From assembly GCF_048593235.1 (NCBI RefSeq), contig NC_133618.1:112321105-112385104 (forward strand): DNA of 64,000 bases. Direction: 5' to 3'. The translations under genes and the position numbers were made by a program. The DNA comes from Sminthopsis crassicaudata. Lineage: Eukaryota. Below, in pieces: positions 1-12,011 of this stretch (its first letter is position 1; every line of letters starts with the position of its first letter). Below the pieces are notes generated by a model. That model was not told where the DNA came from, ran no database searches, and was given only the letters and a program-made list of their open reading frames with translations.

Positions 1-488
1 ATCCAAGGGTAATTCTTTATCCATGCTATGCTCAAGTAAAAAAGGTTCCCTGCCTCAAGATTTACCAAGTAAAATCTCTCCCATGATAGTAACCTAACAA
101 AGGACATTCAAGAAACTCGAGAACAATGAAGGTAAAACTCAGCAGTGTTGTCAGACTTCTTCCCTGTGAAGTCTTTTCCCTGCTCTGGCTCTAGATTTGG
201 AGATTGGACAAGGCCATTTCTGTGGTGTTGAATGTGAAGAGTTCAATTCTACAAGCAGAACTGAAGTTAGAGATGATACATTTTTAACATTGCTTTTAAA
301 AACAGTCTCTATCACTTGGAAAGCCTTGCTTAGGAGCAGTGTTAACCTGGTTCCTAAACCTGCTGCAGGAACTCACTTTATATACAATAAACATAAAATT
401 TGTTAAAATAATGAGTTAGCCCAATAGTTGCACTTTCCCCCATCAATTTTTATTTTTTGTTATAGAGACACCACAAAAATGTTATTGT

Positions 489-1080
489 TGATAAGATCTT
501 CAATGTTAGGTATAATTAGCAGAGGAATTGATCCCTGAGGCAGGCAGGGAGAAGACTCTGATAGAAATTAGTTTAGTTCCATGGTTCCACCATTGGGGAC
601 TCTGAAATCCAAATTATGTCAAACTCCGGAGACCCACTCTCTGTAGAGATCTCAAGCAGTCTCACCTTTCCATGCTCTGTCAGAAATCCTAGTCATGCCC
701 CTGAAGTAAAATGTACTTATGGACCATCCCTGGCTGCTGCCTTCCTTTGGGTCAGTTCACCATGGCAGGCACTCTGCCTGGTGGTGTCTTTCCCCTTCCC
801 CTTCCCTTTCCCCAAGTTACACGGTACCTCTTCTAACTACACTATGCCAACCCCAGTATTCCTCCATAGAGCTAGCTAACTCTTTTGGGGTGCTATGTCC
901 CTTTCAGAAAAACCTCTTTCTATGATCGCTCTCTCTATTGTATCCCCTCATTTTGTCTGTAACCTATTCCCTTAAATAAATCTACCTTTTGCTAAGGAGA
1001 ATGGCCATTGTGAATTCTTCACATGATTGGACCCCAACTTCCAGTACCTGCCATCATCTAGTGTCTATGACCCACATACA
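489..1080 (+). mobile_element. Solo LTR of an endogenous retrovirus (probably ERV1-like)
   Basis: TG...CA ends (TGATAAG...CCCACATACA); AATAAA at 975-980 followed by a U5-like tail; flanks TTGT/TTGC resemble a 4-bp TSD with one mismatch. Left boundary uncertain. Confidence 0.55.
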
Positions 1081-2004
1081 TTGCTTTGGTCCTCAAACCA
1101 CATTATTTGGTGCTAAATCCCACATCATAGATCACATTATTGTTAGTGGCCATAAGTCCAACTGCATGGCATAATTTGTAAGACCCTGAGAAAGTTCCCC
1201 AATTTAAAAAAAATTTTTTTTCTGGATTAAGCACTATCTTTTCCCTTTAGGATGTCTTTTAAAATATGAACATTCCCTGGAAGTGGCTATTATGAATTAG
1301 CTGATCAGATCTGATGGGAAAGATCCCTGCCAGCATGAGACTACTAAGCACTTGTAAAATGGCATGCTGAAATGAGGGGAAGGATCCTGGAAAAGAAGAG
1401 GAAGGGCATCAAAGACAAACTTTCTATTTCACAGTTTTTCTAAGGTTAGCCCTGCTTTTCCCTATGGCTATGCAAGGCTGATGCATGACCAGGATGAAAT
1501 GAGGCTTGACTGATAGCTGACCAAGCATGTCTCCAAATCAGAAATTCCAAAGGTAGATTTGATTTTTTTTCACACTCTTGGCTATAGATTTGATTATTAA
1601 AGGTGCCACATTTTTTGCGACATTTTAAAATTAATACCTTATACTTAACTACTTGTAGGACTTCTCTACTAAATCAAAGAAAGTCTCACATTTGAATGTT
1701 TTCCATGAGTGAAGAATTAGTTTAGGATGGAGAAGCTATGAAAGAGGAAAGGAGACTTAAATTTTTTTCTCCATTTTAAATCTTTAAAATGATTTGTATA
1801 TAGTATTTATTTCTTAACTAGATTACTGAAATAGATGTGTAGATTAAAGAAGGCCAAAATCTGTTTATATATGAACATTGACTCAAAAATGATATTATTT
1901 TTGTTAATGACAATTGTTAAATTGTCACTAGTAAGAAGCTATTTGCTAAAAATAGCTGTTTTGCTGCAATTCATGTAAACAAAGAGGTTTTTGGATAAAG
2001 GAAT

Positions 2005-2400
2005 CACTGCATTTATTCATTCATTCAGCAAGTAAGTAATAATTAGGTATGCAGCTACATGCAGGCCATGATGTACTCAGGATCACAGTAATAAAGATAA
2101 TTAAAAAAAGAGAATTCTTTTTACTGGAGGTATACACTCTATATCCAGAGAAGTCAATGCAAAATAAATACAAAGTAAATACATTACAACTTGGGGAAAG
2201 GAGGCAGTAAATATAGGGGAAAGGGTATCAGAAAAAGTGTGATGTAGAAAATATAACCTGAGCTGAGTCTCAGAGAGAGCTAGGAAATTTCAAGAGGTCA
2301 AGATAAAGGGAAAGAGAATTGGATTCTGGGAAAATGGAGCAGTAAATCAGAAAATTTCTGTCTCTAAAATGATGTTGTGCATAAAATAGATGGTGGGCAA
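2005..2400 (-). mobile_element. L2 LINE 3' fragment
   Basis: Reverse-complement L2 tail (ATTCATTCATTCAGCAAG...) followed by the purine-rich L2 antisense body. Confidence 0.5.
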
Positions 2401-2564
2401 AATGAGTAGAACCAAGAGATCACTGTATACAGTAACAGCAATATTATTTTAAGAACAACTTTTAGTCATTAAGTCATTTTGACTATTATAAATACGTAAA
2501 TACCTGAATTAGCTATAAAAGACCTGTTAAGGAAAATACAACTTGCAACCAGACAAACAAATGA

Positions 2565-2830
2565 CAACTATAATTTTATATAGAATTATTTTTACATATA
2601 TACATATACATGTACATATATACATATTTGTGTCTAGTGGTAGCCATTTTGGGGTGGGGGAGGGGAGAAAAAAGAGAAAAAAGTTACATGATAACTTCAT
2701 TTGTTAAATGTAAATGTAAAAGGAATAACAAGTTATACATAATAGATTTGCAGTTTCATGTGCAATCATTTTTTAAAAATTTGACTATGTTATGAAAATT
2801 ATTATTTTATTTTATAAATTAAAAAGAAAA
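2565..2830 (+). mobile_element. Old marsupial L1 3' UTR remnant
   Basis: G-rich tract, then GATTTGCAGTTTCATGTGCAATCA, ending in an A-rich tail; resembles recalled marsupial L1 3' ends. Confidence 0.55.
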
Positions 2831-3392
2831 GAAAAAGATTAAGAAAGAGACCATTCCAGGCATGAAGGATAACATACAAATACACAAGTTGGAAATGGAA
2901 TTTTGTTCATCTACAGGAAATAGCAAGGAGGTTATTTTGGACAGAACATAAGATACATAAATGTGAGGACTTCAATATGACATAAGTCTGGAAAGGTAAG
3001 ATTAAGTATGTGAAGGGATTTAAATTAGTAAATGAAGTTCCTTGGACAGCAACATAAGAGAGGAGTTTTTTCTCCAATTCTATCAGTTGTCTCAGTAGAA
3101 AAAAGATGTATCATTTTTAAGTTTTCTATTATTAACAATGAGAATACAGAAGAGAAGAGTTCAATATTATTCCTTCTTTTGTCCTTATTGCTTTGTTAGA
3201 AGGAACAAGTCTAAGAACCATTAAACAACTCTCATGGATTACTAGTCTTTACTTCTACCCAACACTCACAACTCATATTCTCCCTTCTCATGACCTTACT
3301 ATTCTTCTTATTTCTTTGTTCTCCTCATTTTCCAATCTTCTGGGGATCTGCAAGTTTTCCTCTTGTAAATAGAAATCATTTGGAACAAGAAA

Positions 3393-3461
3393 CTGCAGTA
3401 TCTGCAGTATTGCAGTATCTGCAGTATTGCAGTATTCTGCAGTATTGCAGTATTCTGCAAT
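3393..3461. repeat. Minisatellite of 8-9 bp (C)TGCAGTAT(T) units
   Basis: Seven copies of the TGCAGTAT core plus one degenerate copy, read directly. Confidence 0.95.
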
Positions 3462-3883
3462 CTGAATATCCCCTTCACAATAATATTGAAATCTCTTAAG
3501 GAGTCCTCATGGTCCCAAAAGTAGTATGAATTTTCCTCCTTTTTTTTTCCTCTTTAAAAGAAAATGATAAACTCTCTAATATCTTTGTCAAGAAAGTCCC
3601 AAATAGGGTCATGAAGAATCAGATATAATTGAAATGTCTAAACAACAACAAGAACATAAAACTGAGAATTTCACATTCTTTTTTCACACATATAGAAATG
3701 CAGTATAGTCAGCCTTCAGCAAAATTGTGAAATCAAAACTCCTTGCAGTATCTCTTTCTTCCCAAGCTAATGTCCCTGCACACACATCATCAACTACTAA
3801 GTTAATTCTCTTATATCCTCATGTTCTCCTACAGAATTCTAACTAGGACTACATTCCCTAGACAGTGCTACCATCATCAATCC

Positions 3884-4010
3884 AAGGGCTCTTAATCTTT
3901 TGGGTTTTATGGACTCTTTTGACAGTCTTTGAACTCTTTCTGGAATCATGTTTTAAAATGCATAATATAAAATACACAGGATTACAAAGGACTCTATTGT
4001 ATCGAAGTAG
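3884..4010 (+). mobile_element. hAT-Charlie-like non-autonomous DNA transposon fragment
   Basis: AGGGCTCTTAATCTTTTGGG...ATGCATAATATAAAATACACAGGATTACAAAGG resembles recalled Charlie-type MITE sequence. Confidence 0.45.
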
Positions 4011-4054
4011 ATGCATTGTTTTCTAAATTCTTGGAATCTCCCCAAATCTCTGCG

Positions 4055-4295
4055 CCTATATGCAGTAGATAGAGGACTGAGCCTGGAATCAATAATTTGA
4101 AATCAGTTCCAAATTTAGTGTGAGATACTTATAAACTACATAATCTTAAGGCAAATCATTAACCTTTGTCCACCTCATTTTTCTTAAGTGGGGATAGCAC
4201 TACTTCAAGGCATTTATTATAAGAATTAAGTGAGAAAATATTTGTAAAGAACTTAGCATAATGCACCGTACATACCAGGAATTACATAAATGCTC
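4055..4295 (+). mobile_element. MIR-type CORE-SINE
   Basis: Degenerate tRNA-like head, core (GGCAAATCATTAACCTTTGT...CCTCATTTTTCTT) and L2-derived tail. Confidence 0.55.
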
Positions 4296-4881
4296 ATTCT
4301 TTTCCCTTTTCCTTCTAGTTCCTTCTCCTTCCCAGAAAATTTACTCCTTTTATGCCCCCTTTTCAGATAAAGAAATAAATTAACAAATTAACACTGATAA
4401 GAGCTTAGTATGTTATATCTTTCAAGTAATCAAGAATAGAGAAAATGTCATAACCTAAAGGGTCAACTTAAATGGAAGTTTTCATCATAACAAATATTTT
4501 TCTTTGAGAAGATTTGGTGCTAGGCATATTTTTGAGCTTTTTTAAATGGAGCCACATGGGAAGCTGTATAATTTGTCTATTTGAATTTTTTTTTAAATTA
4601 GTAAACAGTAATTAGTAAATACTAATCTAAAAAGAAATAATTTAAATATAAGTATTAATTTCAAAATATACTTTCCAGTCTAAAATATGGGATAACACAA
4701 TACCGATTCATTTTTTAAGAGTTTTTTTTTTTCCTTTGTCTTCTTTCAGGAAAGGTTTCCCAGTAGTTCTTTTAAAGAGAGTAATATTTCCCAGCAATAG
4801 GGAGCCCATAAAAACCACTAATGTCTGTTGTATGAATGTTCATTTTCTTAATCTAATTGTCTCATTTGATTTATTTTTCAG

Positions 4882-4900
4882 ATTTATACAGTTGGAGATA
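4882..4900 (+). other. Candidate 19-nt microexon
   Basis: Branch-point-like CTAAT (4853-4857), pyrimidine tract, TTTTCAG acceptor (AG 4880-4881), ATTTATACAGTTGGAGATA, then consensus donor GTGAGT (4901-4906); unique sequence. Confidence 0.4.
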
Positions 4901-5791
4901 GTGAGTAAATTAAAGCTTAAAATTATTGAAAGATAAAATCTTTCACTGAAAACCTAATCAAGATCCCTTTATGGCACACTAAAAAATGACAATCTATGTG
5001 ACTTATCAGCCCAATTGAGTCTAAGATTTGCTGCACTAGATTTGATTTGATTTGGTGACAGATTTTAAGCTTAAAGTCAACAGAGGAAGCCTAAGAAGAG
5101 GGAGGAGCCCCAGTCTCCAAATATATCAATGCACTTATACTATGTCTACACTGATGCTTCATTTCTAATCCCTGAGACTACTCTTCAAGTACTTCTCTCC
5201 AAGGACTGGAATTATTCCTCCTTTCCATGAAGCAAATCTTTCCAGAATGTCCTAGTCTAAGAACTATTTGTTTCCTTTGAATTCACATTTATACTTATTC
5301 TTCCTCCTACTTAATTGTCTCTTCACATAAATGATTTTGTATTATTAGTTACACTGTGATCCAGTCATTATTTTTTATACTTTTTTATAACCCTCACAGA
5401 ACTTCAAATAGTGCATTTCACATAGCAGTGAAAATAAAAAAACTCATAGTCAAACAAAAGATAAAGCAGAGAAAGAGTACTACAAACCATTCTTAATTTT
5501 TTTTTAAAAAGAAGACTCATTTGATCTTTTCCATTCCTTGACACTCATTGAAGAATTATTTGTAATAACTTCATTGTATATTATTTAGCTTCCTTGAAGT
5601 TTTATTTGTATTCATGGGTGCACCATAAATGTTGATTAATTGACTAAATGGCATTTTAATTTTGTTTTTCTGATTTTGAAATTTTCAAATTCAAAATTAT
5701 GAATCCAATGGAGAAATTAAATTAAGAGTAATACCCACACAACAGCATCATGAACTTTTTGAACCTACCATTTCAAAAATGTGTTGTTTCA

Positions 5792-5992
5792 CCTTCAGAT
5801 TCTAATGTTTATTGTGCAACAAGAAAATGATATTCACACACATGTATTGTACCTAGACTATATTGTAACACATGTAAAATGTATGGGATTGCCTGTCATC
5901 GGGGGGAGGGAATAGAGGGAGGGAGGATAATTTGGAAAAATGAATACAAGGGATAATATTATAAAAAATATATATATAATAAAAAATTAAAA
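5792..5992 (+). mobile_element. Young, heavily 5'-truncated L1 (3' UTR tip plus A-rich tail)
   Basis: Perfect 17-bp TSD AAAAATGTGTTGTTTCA at 5775-5791 and 5993-6009; G-rich tract and A-rich tail inside. Confidence 0.9.
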
Positions 5993-6435
5993 AAAAATGT
6001 GTTGTTTCATTATGCATATCTGTTACATAGCTATTGTTTCTGTTTTTTTTTTTTTTCTTTCCAATGGGAGTAAAGAAAACAGATTTTTGTTAATTGGGGA
6101 AAATAAATGTAAAAATTAAAGGAGGAAAAGAGAAAAGAGCAATATGGAAAGGGTTTTTTTTGCAACAAAACTTGAAATTATTTAGGAAAATGATGGGAGA
6201 GTTTGGTAGAGCTTAGAACATCAATAACATACATTAGCAAAATTCTCAAATTTGTAGGCTTTGGGGAAATATACATGTGGAGAAAAGAAGTATGTGGTAG
6301 ACTGAGAAGATCATATTTATCTTTAAGAAACTGATGCAGGTTGATAAAAACAGAACAAATAATATTTCAATTAGGTTACACTGGGTCAAGGAATGGAGAA
6401 AATTGCAGTCTTCTTTAAAAATTAAGAATAAATGG

Positions 6436-6582
6436 GGGGCAGCTAGGTGGCTCAGTGGATAGAGCACCAGCCTTGAATTCAGGAAGACAAGAGTTCAAAT
6501 CTGATCTCAGACACTTAACACTTCCTAGCTGTGTGACCCTGGGCAAGTCACTTAACCCCAGCCTCAGGTGGGGGGGGGGGGG
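6436..6582 (+). mobile_element. WSINE1-like tRNA-derived CORE-SINE with a poly-G tail
   Basis: GGGGCAGCTAGGTGG head, Pol III A box TGGCTCAGTGG, B box GTTCAAATC, core TGTGTGACCCTGGGCAAGTCACTTAACC, G13 at 6570-6582. Confidence 0.9.
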
Positions 6583-6594
6583 ATTGAGAATACT

Positions 6595-6920
6595 TTATAA
6601 TTTTCTTTCCTTGTTTTCTCTCTCCATTCTTTGCCAAGGAGGATTACATTTTTTTTTCATAAAAGTAGTTTGGTAGAATGACTTATATCTCTATTTTTGA
6701 GGATAGCTTCTATAACATAGGTATTAATTGCTCTTAAAATGTTTGATAGCACTCACTTCTAAATCTATCTGGACTAGGCATTTCTTCTTTGGCATTATAT
6801 CTTTGCTTCATCTCATTTTCTGAAGTTGTGTTGTTTAAGATCTCTATTTCTTTTTTTTTTTGTCAGTTTGAGTACTTTATATTTTTGTAGATAATCATCA
6901 ATTTCCTTTGAATTCTCACA
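6595..6920 (-). mobile_element. Degraded L1 ORF2 fragment
   Basis: Reverse complement resembles the L1 ORF2 region around the PGPDGFTSEFYQTF motif (CACTCACTTCTAAATCTATCTGGACTAGG). Confidence 0.6.
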
Positions 6921-7569
6921 GATGAATCTTTTCAAAGGAATGAAGAGATGAAAAGCTTGGAAGGGTGCAGTCTGAACTCTAGGACTGTCAGTTTTGAATA
7001 GACTACCACAATGAAAAGAAAATCAGGGGAGTTGTTATTAGATGGTAGTGATTTCTGAATGAACTTCTCAAGTTCTCTATGAGGACAGTCAACATTTCTT
7101 CTGTCAAGTTGATATGATGATTAATATGATTCTGACAGCTACCAGTAGGGTAGCAGAAACACAAACTCAGGGTGATTAGAGACTCATTAGCTACCAGGCC
7201 AATATTTTTAGAAATGACAAAATAGAAACAGAAGCAGATTGGCAATTATATCTTGGGAAATAACAGTGGAAAAGAGAAGAGTGAGAGGAACAGAAGCTGG
7301 ACATGGGAGCGGGGCAGCTTATTGGCTTCGGGGTTGTTTTTTAACCAGATTTTTTATTTCATCATTGTAGAAGGATGCTAGTGAGGATCCTCTACCACTG
7401 TACAATAACTCCTCTAAGACTCTAAGAAGCATGATGATTTGCCCCTGATCATACAACCAATGTATGTCAAGAGATGAAACCTGAACTGAGGTTTTCCTAA
7501 GTCTGAAGCTAGCTCTCCATCCATCACTGCCTCTCTGTTATTGAATGCCATGCAGAAAATTAGCAAGTT

Positions 7570-8460
7570 AGATTGTTACTTATTCAGAAAATATTGATTG
7601 AATATCCAGTGTATAGCAGAAACAGTTACAATGAAGATAGTTACACTTTAACCACTTAAAGTCTGGTGAGTAAGATAATATTTATACAAGTAACTTCAAG
7701 ACAATATATATATATATGAAGAACCCCAAGAATGCCACAAATGAAGTCTTACAGACACAAAATAGTGAAAAACCACATCCAGCTTGAGTAATTAGAGAAA
7801 ACTTCATAGAAGAAGCAGCATTTGAGTTGGGTTTTGAAGAATGGGTAGGCTTTGATAGCAAAATGAAAGAGGAGGACATTTTTGATTAAGGGGTCATTGG
7901 AAATGGAGGTGAAGCAGCAAGAAAGCATGAAATCTATTTTCATTTTGCATCATAAACATCCATTTTTATTGTATCATAGTGGTAGAAAAATAGATTCAAA
8001 AGGTAGATTGGCATTAGATTGGAGGGATATTAAGTTCTATATTGAAAAGTTTCTATTTTATTTTATGAAGCAATAAGGAGACATTGAAAGTTTTTGAGAA
8101 CTGAGGTGATGGTCAAAATTGTACTTCAATTCAAGATGAATATATGTGAGGGATACTGCACTAAACTTTGGGACTACAAAGACAAAAGCTAAACAACCCC
8201 TATCCTCAAGGAACTTACATTCTACTAGGTATTGAGAAATTACATATATAGAGATTAAATGAAAAATAATTTTGGTGGAGTGTGAGTAAAGAGTAACAAT
8301 TGGTTCATAGGGAGATCAAGCAATATTTCTTGTAAGAGACTGCTCTCAAGTAAGTGATTCTTTAAAAGAAGCCTGAGATTCTATACAGCAGAGAGGTAAG
8401 AAAGGAGAGAGAACATTTCTGGCATGGAGGACATTCTGTGCAAGAGGCAGGAGGTGAAAT
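7570..8460 (-). mobile_element. L2 fragments
   Basis: Antisense L2 signatures such as GCAGCATTTGAGTTGGGTTTTGAAGAATG and CCTATCCTCAAGGAACTTACATTCTA. Confidence 0.55.
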
Positions 8461-9064
8461 GTTGTACTGTTGACTCATGTTTCTGAAGAACTAAAGAATC
8501 CTAAAACTATACAGAGGATTCAGTTCTTGAAAGTGTATGCAAATATAGTTCTGAGCATGTAAATTAGATCTGATTATCTCTGAAAATTTCCTTTATGTCA
8601 TTTCTTACTTGGGAACTCTGTTTAAGCAGATGGCATTATAAACTCCTTCAAATCAGTAAGTCATTATTAATATAATATTATATATACTACTGAAGCAAGC
8701 ACCATTATTAATATATAGCACCTAAAGAAGAATCATGCATAAAAGAGTACTTAATAATCATAATATATATAGCTTCTAAGAGGCAGCATGGCATATTGAT
8801 CAAAAGATCCTCTTTCTAACATTTTAGCTGTGTGACCATGAACTCTCAAGATTCCTGGCAATTCTTTAAGGACTATATGTTATGGATGACTGGTGGATCT
8901 GTATTAATGTAAGGAATTATTATTACCTTGAAAATTGTTTGCATTAAGAAAAATCATAGATCTATTATGCATAATAACCTTTGCCATTGATATCTCAAAT
9001 CTTTCCTTTTCTATAAACTGAAGGTGCTTCTAGCATGGCCATTTGGATGGTCAGTCCACTTAAT

Positions 9065-9250
9065 AGTTTTTTGCACAGCATTTTAAAGTTTTCAAAACCT
9101 TTTATATGTGCTATCTCATTTGATTCTCAAAATAGTTAGATGACTTGTCTAAGGTCACAAAGCTATTAAGTGTCTAAGGCAGGATATGAACTCATATTTT
9201 CCTGATTCCAGTAGCAATACTCTATCCAACATGCCATCTAGTTGCCTTAT
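9065..9250 (-). mobile_element. MIR/Mar1-type SINE
   Basis: Reverse-complement core GATGACTTGTCTAAGGTCACA...ATATGAACTCA...CTGATTCCAG...ATCTAGTTGCC. Confidence 0.6.
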
Positions 9251-10131
9251 TAGAGTGTTGTTGTTATTGTTGTTGTTTTTCTCATGTAAAGAATTCCTAA
9301 ATAACCACACAGTATGGCTATTCAATATCCTCCCCTGCCTTTCTTGTCACACATTCTGAAGAATTATTGCAATCATAAAGCATGTGGTTTCAACTTAATA
9401 AAAAGGAAAAAAAAGTCCTGTCCACAACATCACTTCCAAGGGGATTTTCACCTCAAAAATTTTTGCTATCTGAAAATACATATTTTATTAAATCCAGATT
9501 GTAAAATGGAAAGCTCCAGCCAGCATTCACTTCTGAGTGAAATGAATTACTTGTTATCATGCATAGAATTTACAGGAAACTATTTTTAAAGGTTTAAATA
9601 GAACTGAAGTCATTATTGGCACTGGGAATCAGTATGTCATTGATCTGAGTACCATAACTTATTAATTTGTTCAAAGAATCTACTCCATGTTTGCAAAACT
9701 AAATCAGACTGAGCCACATATCTGGATGTGGAGCCACAATAAAACTCTTTTTCTACTATATAGGTCCATATGTAAATGATACCTCTAAAAGAATGTTGCT
9801 TTGAGATGAAAAAAAATATATAGGTACACTTTCAAAAAGAAATGGCAGTGTTAAAAAATACTGGAAATGGCTAAAAAAAAAAACCCTTTCACTCAAATGA
9901 ATGTTTTAATTATCTTTACTGTCCCTATTTTCTTCATTTTACTCACTTTTTAATTGGTTTCCTCTAAGAGTGTGATTTATCACTCAATGGAAGTTCTACA
10001 ACTTCTGATTCCCATGATCCACTGCTGCTGATAACAGCTCACTCTTAGGGTAAGAGAAGAGCTCAGAGATGATGTTATCAAACAAAATGCAAAACTCTGA
10101 ACATGCTTTTTTTTTTTTTTTTCCATAATAG

Positions 10132-10267
10132 CTATATAGTCAGGGACAGAGGTGCAGATTCTTGGGCAGTGGACAGCCTGAGCACCAATGTATATGTGTC
10201 AGGGACATATGCAACACATCTCTCTAAACACCATTCCCATAGGAAGGATAATCAGCAAAACTCATGA
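10132..10267 (+). other. Candidate terminal exon (acceptor plus short open frames)
   Basis: Long T run then CCATAATAG acceptor (AG 10130-10131); unique sequence; frames end at TAG 10137-10139, TAA 10225-10227 or TGA 10265-10267; about 2 kb of repeat-poor downstream sequence with AATAAA at 11050 and 11952. No protein recognised. Confidence 0.25.
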
Positions 10268-11660
10268 GTACAGATTAGGAATTCGCCCAGAATCTCCTAC
10301 CATATTGCTCATCCACGCCTACACCCTTCAACTGGCTCTTTTCTCATTCAATATTTCCATGCCCCATTTCTGCAAACTCACAAAGTAATAATAGTCAACT
10401 TTGTCCAAAGCTACACCAGCATTCATTTAGCTTAGCTGCTTTTCTCTGAACTGGAGTGCCAATACAAAGCACCTAGCCTTGTCCTAATGGGAAATATCTA
10501 TCTTCTGCTCTTTCTTGTTTCTGTATCTCCACAGTATTTCTCTTTAATATACAGATAGCTACACCCAGATTTTGTACAAGTCGGATTGAAGGATAAAAGG
10601 TATCGCCTAAATTTATGCCCACATTTTATTTTAATATACCCCCAAACTAGTCCTATTCCAGATGTTTCATGAATGGGAACAAATCAGTTCTTTCTATTCC
10701 TACTCAGCAAAATTTATTTCAGGAATAGTAGGGAAATGTGCCATTTTACTAGACTGCTTTCACTTATTCCCTCCAGGTATTCTTCCCTCCATCCCAGGCT
10801 ACTAATATAGGGGGGGAAAAACCAAAAAACCAAAAACAAAAACAATGCTCAAGTTTAAGGTCATATGGTCTAAATAATAGATGAAAGGATTATTCTAAGT
10901 GTGCTACAATTTCAGAGAGAAACTTAGAGATCATTAAAGGAATTTTATATTTTTCCAAAGGCAACCCAGCCTATTTTATTCCTCCTATTAAATTCTGAAA
11001 CAAGCTCATTATTCATTTTAAAGGTATGTCCAAGAAACACATACCTATCAATAAACTTTAGATTGTCTATCTAACTTCATAGCATAATCTGAACAGGCCT
11101 GCTTCAAATATTTGGTGGTGCTTTTTTTTTTTTTTTTCTTGTGTGGATAGTTAGTCCAAATTCTTTAGTTTGATTATGGGTCTTATTTAAGAAGATCTGC
11201 AGTATTTCAAAGCTTTATATAATTAGCATCATTTTCAAGTGGGAGCATATGGAAGACCTCCCCAATGTCAGGGAAATGTTCCTTACTTAAACTCTGAGCT
11301 TGTTCTCTTTTGTGATAAATATCTTTGGCAGAAATATATCTTTTTTTCTATTTTATGCTTTATCTTTGATGCTATAGGATGCTTGGAGTTAGTAATAGTG
11401 TTTTTTTGTTTCCTAAAAGCAAGCCAGGTCCTTCTGTATGTCTTCCTATTCAACAATGGACCCAATTCATTGTCCATTTTTATATGCGTCTCAGATATAC
11501 ATAGTATTAGACAAGCTCTATAGAGTGCCCATTCAGATGAATGTTGGAATCAGGGCAACAAACATTCTTCATCCATTTAATCTTTCTTGTGTGGATAAAC
11601 AGGGAAAACTATTTTGAGTGATTACAGATCTCTTGCAAAAGATTCTGCCATGTCCTGACG

Positions 11661-11724
11661 CATAATGCAATCGGGCAATATAATGCAATGTATAAAAAGA
11701 AGCATCTGGAGTATTTCACTCACT
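11661..11724 (+). promoter_or_regulatory. Possible TATA plus initiator core promoter with duplicated ATAATGCAAT
   Basis: TATAAAAAG at 11691-11699; BBCABW initiator matches TTCACT (A at 11718) and CTCACT (A at 11722, 31 nt after the TATA T); ATAATGCAAT twice upstream. Confidence 0.25.
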
Positions 11725-12011
11725 ACTAGGAATCCCACTTCAACCTAAACACTATAATGAATCTCCTTCATCACAAACTTTTGGCAAGCACACATCTCCC
11801 TACTTTATACCTTAGCTGATGTTTATTATAAGAGGGTCATTGGACAGAACTGTTTCAGTTATTTCTTCCAAGGAAGAAATTGTATTGTAAAAGAACCTAT
11901 AAAGCATCCTTTTCTTCTACCAAGTTGAATATTTTTTCATAATCAACAAGCAATAAATACAATGGAGTTTTATATTCTCTACACCCTTCAGTCAATTGTG
12001 AGATGGTAAAG

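Noticed and set aside
3393-3461. CRISPR-like repeat array
   Set aside because: No spacers, 8-9 bp units, eukaryotic context and no cas genes.
6436-6570. tRNA genes (A and B boxes here, at 39217 and at 42958)
   Set aside because: The heads continue into the CORE-SINE domain and form no cloverleaf; these are SINEs.
10132-10227. Ly6/uPAR- or TGF-beta-receptor-like CxCxxDxCN motif in frame 1
   Set aside because: Only the short motif matches; no upstream cysteine scaffold, and a stop follows three codons later.
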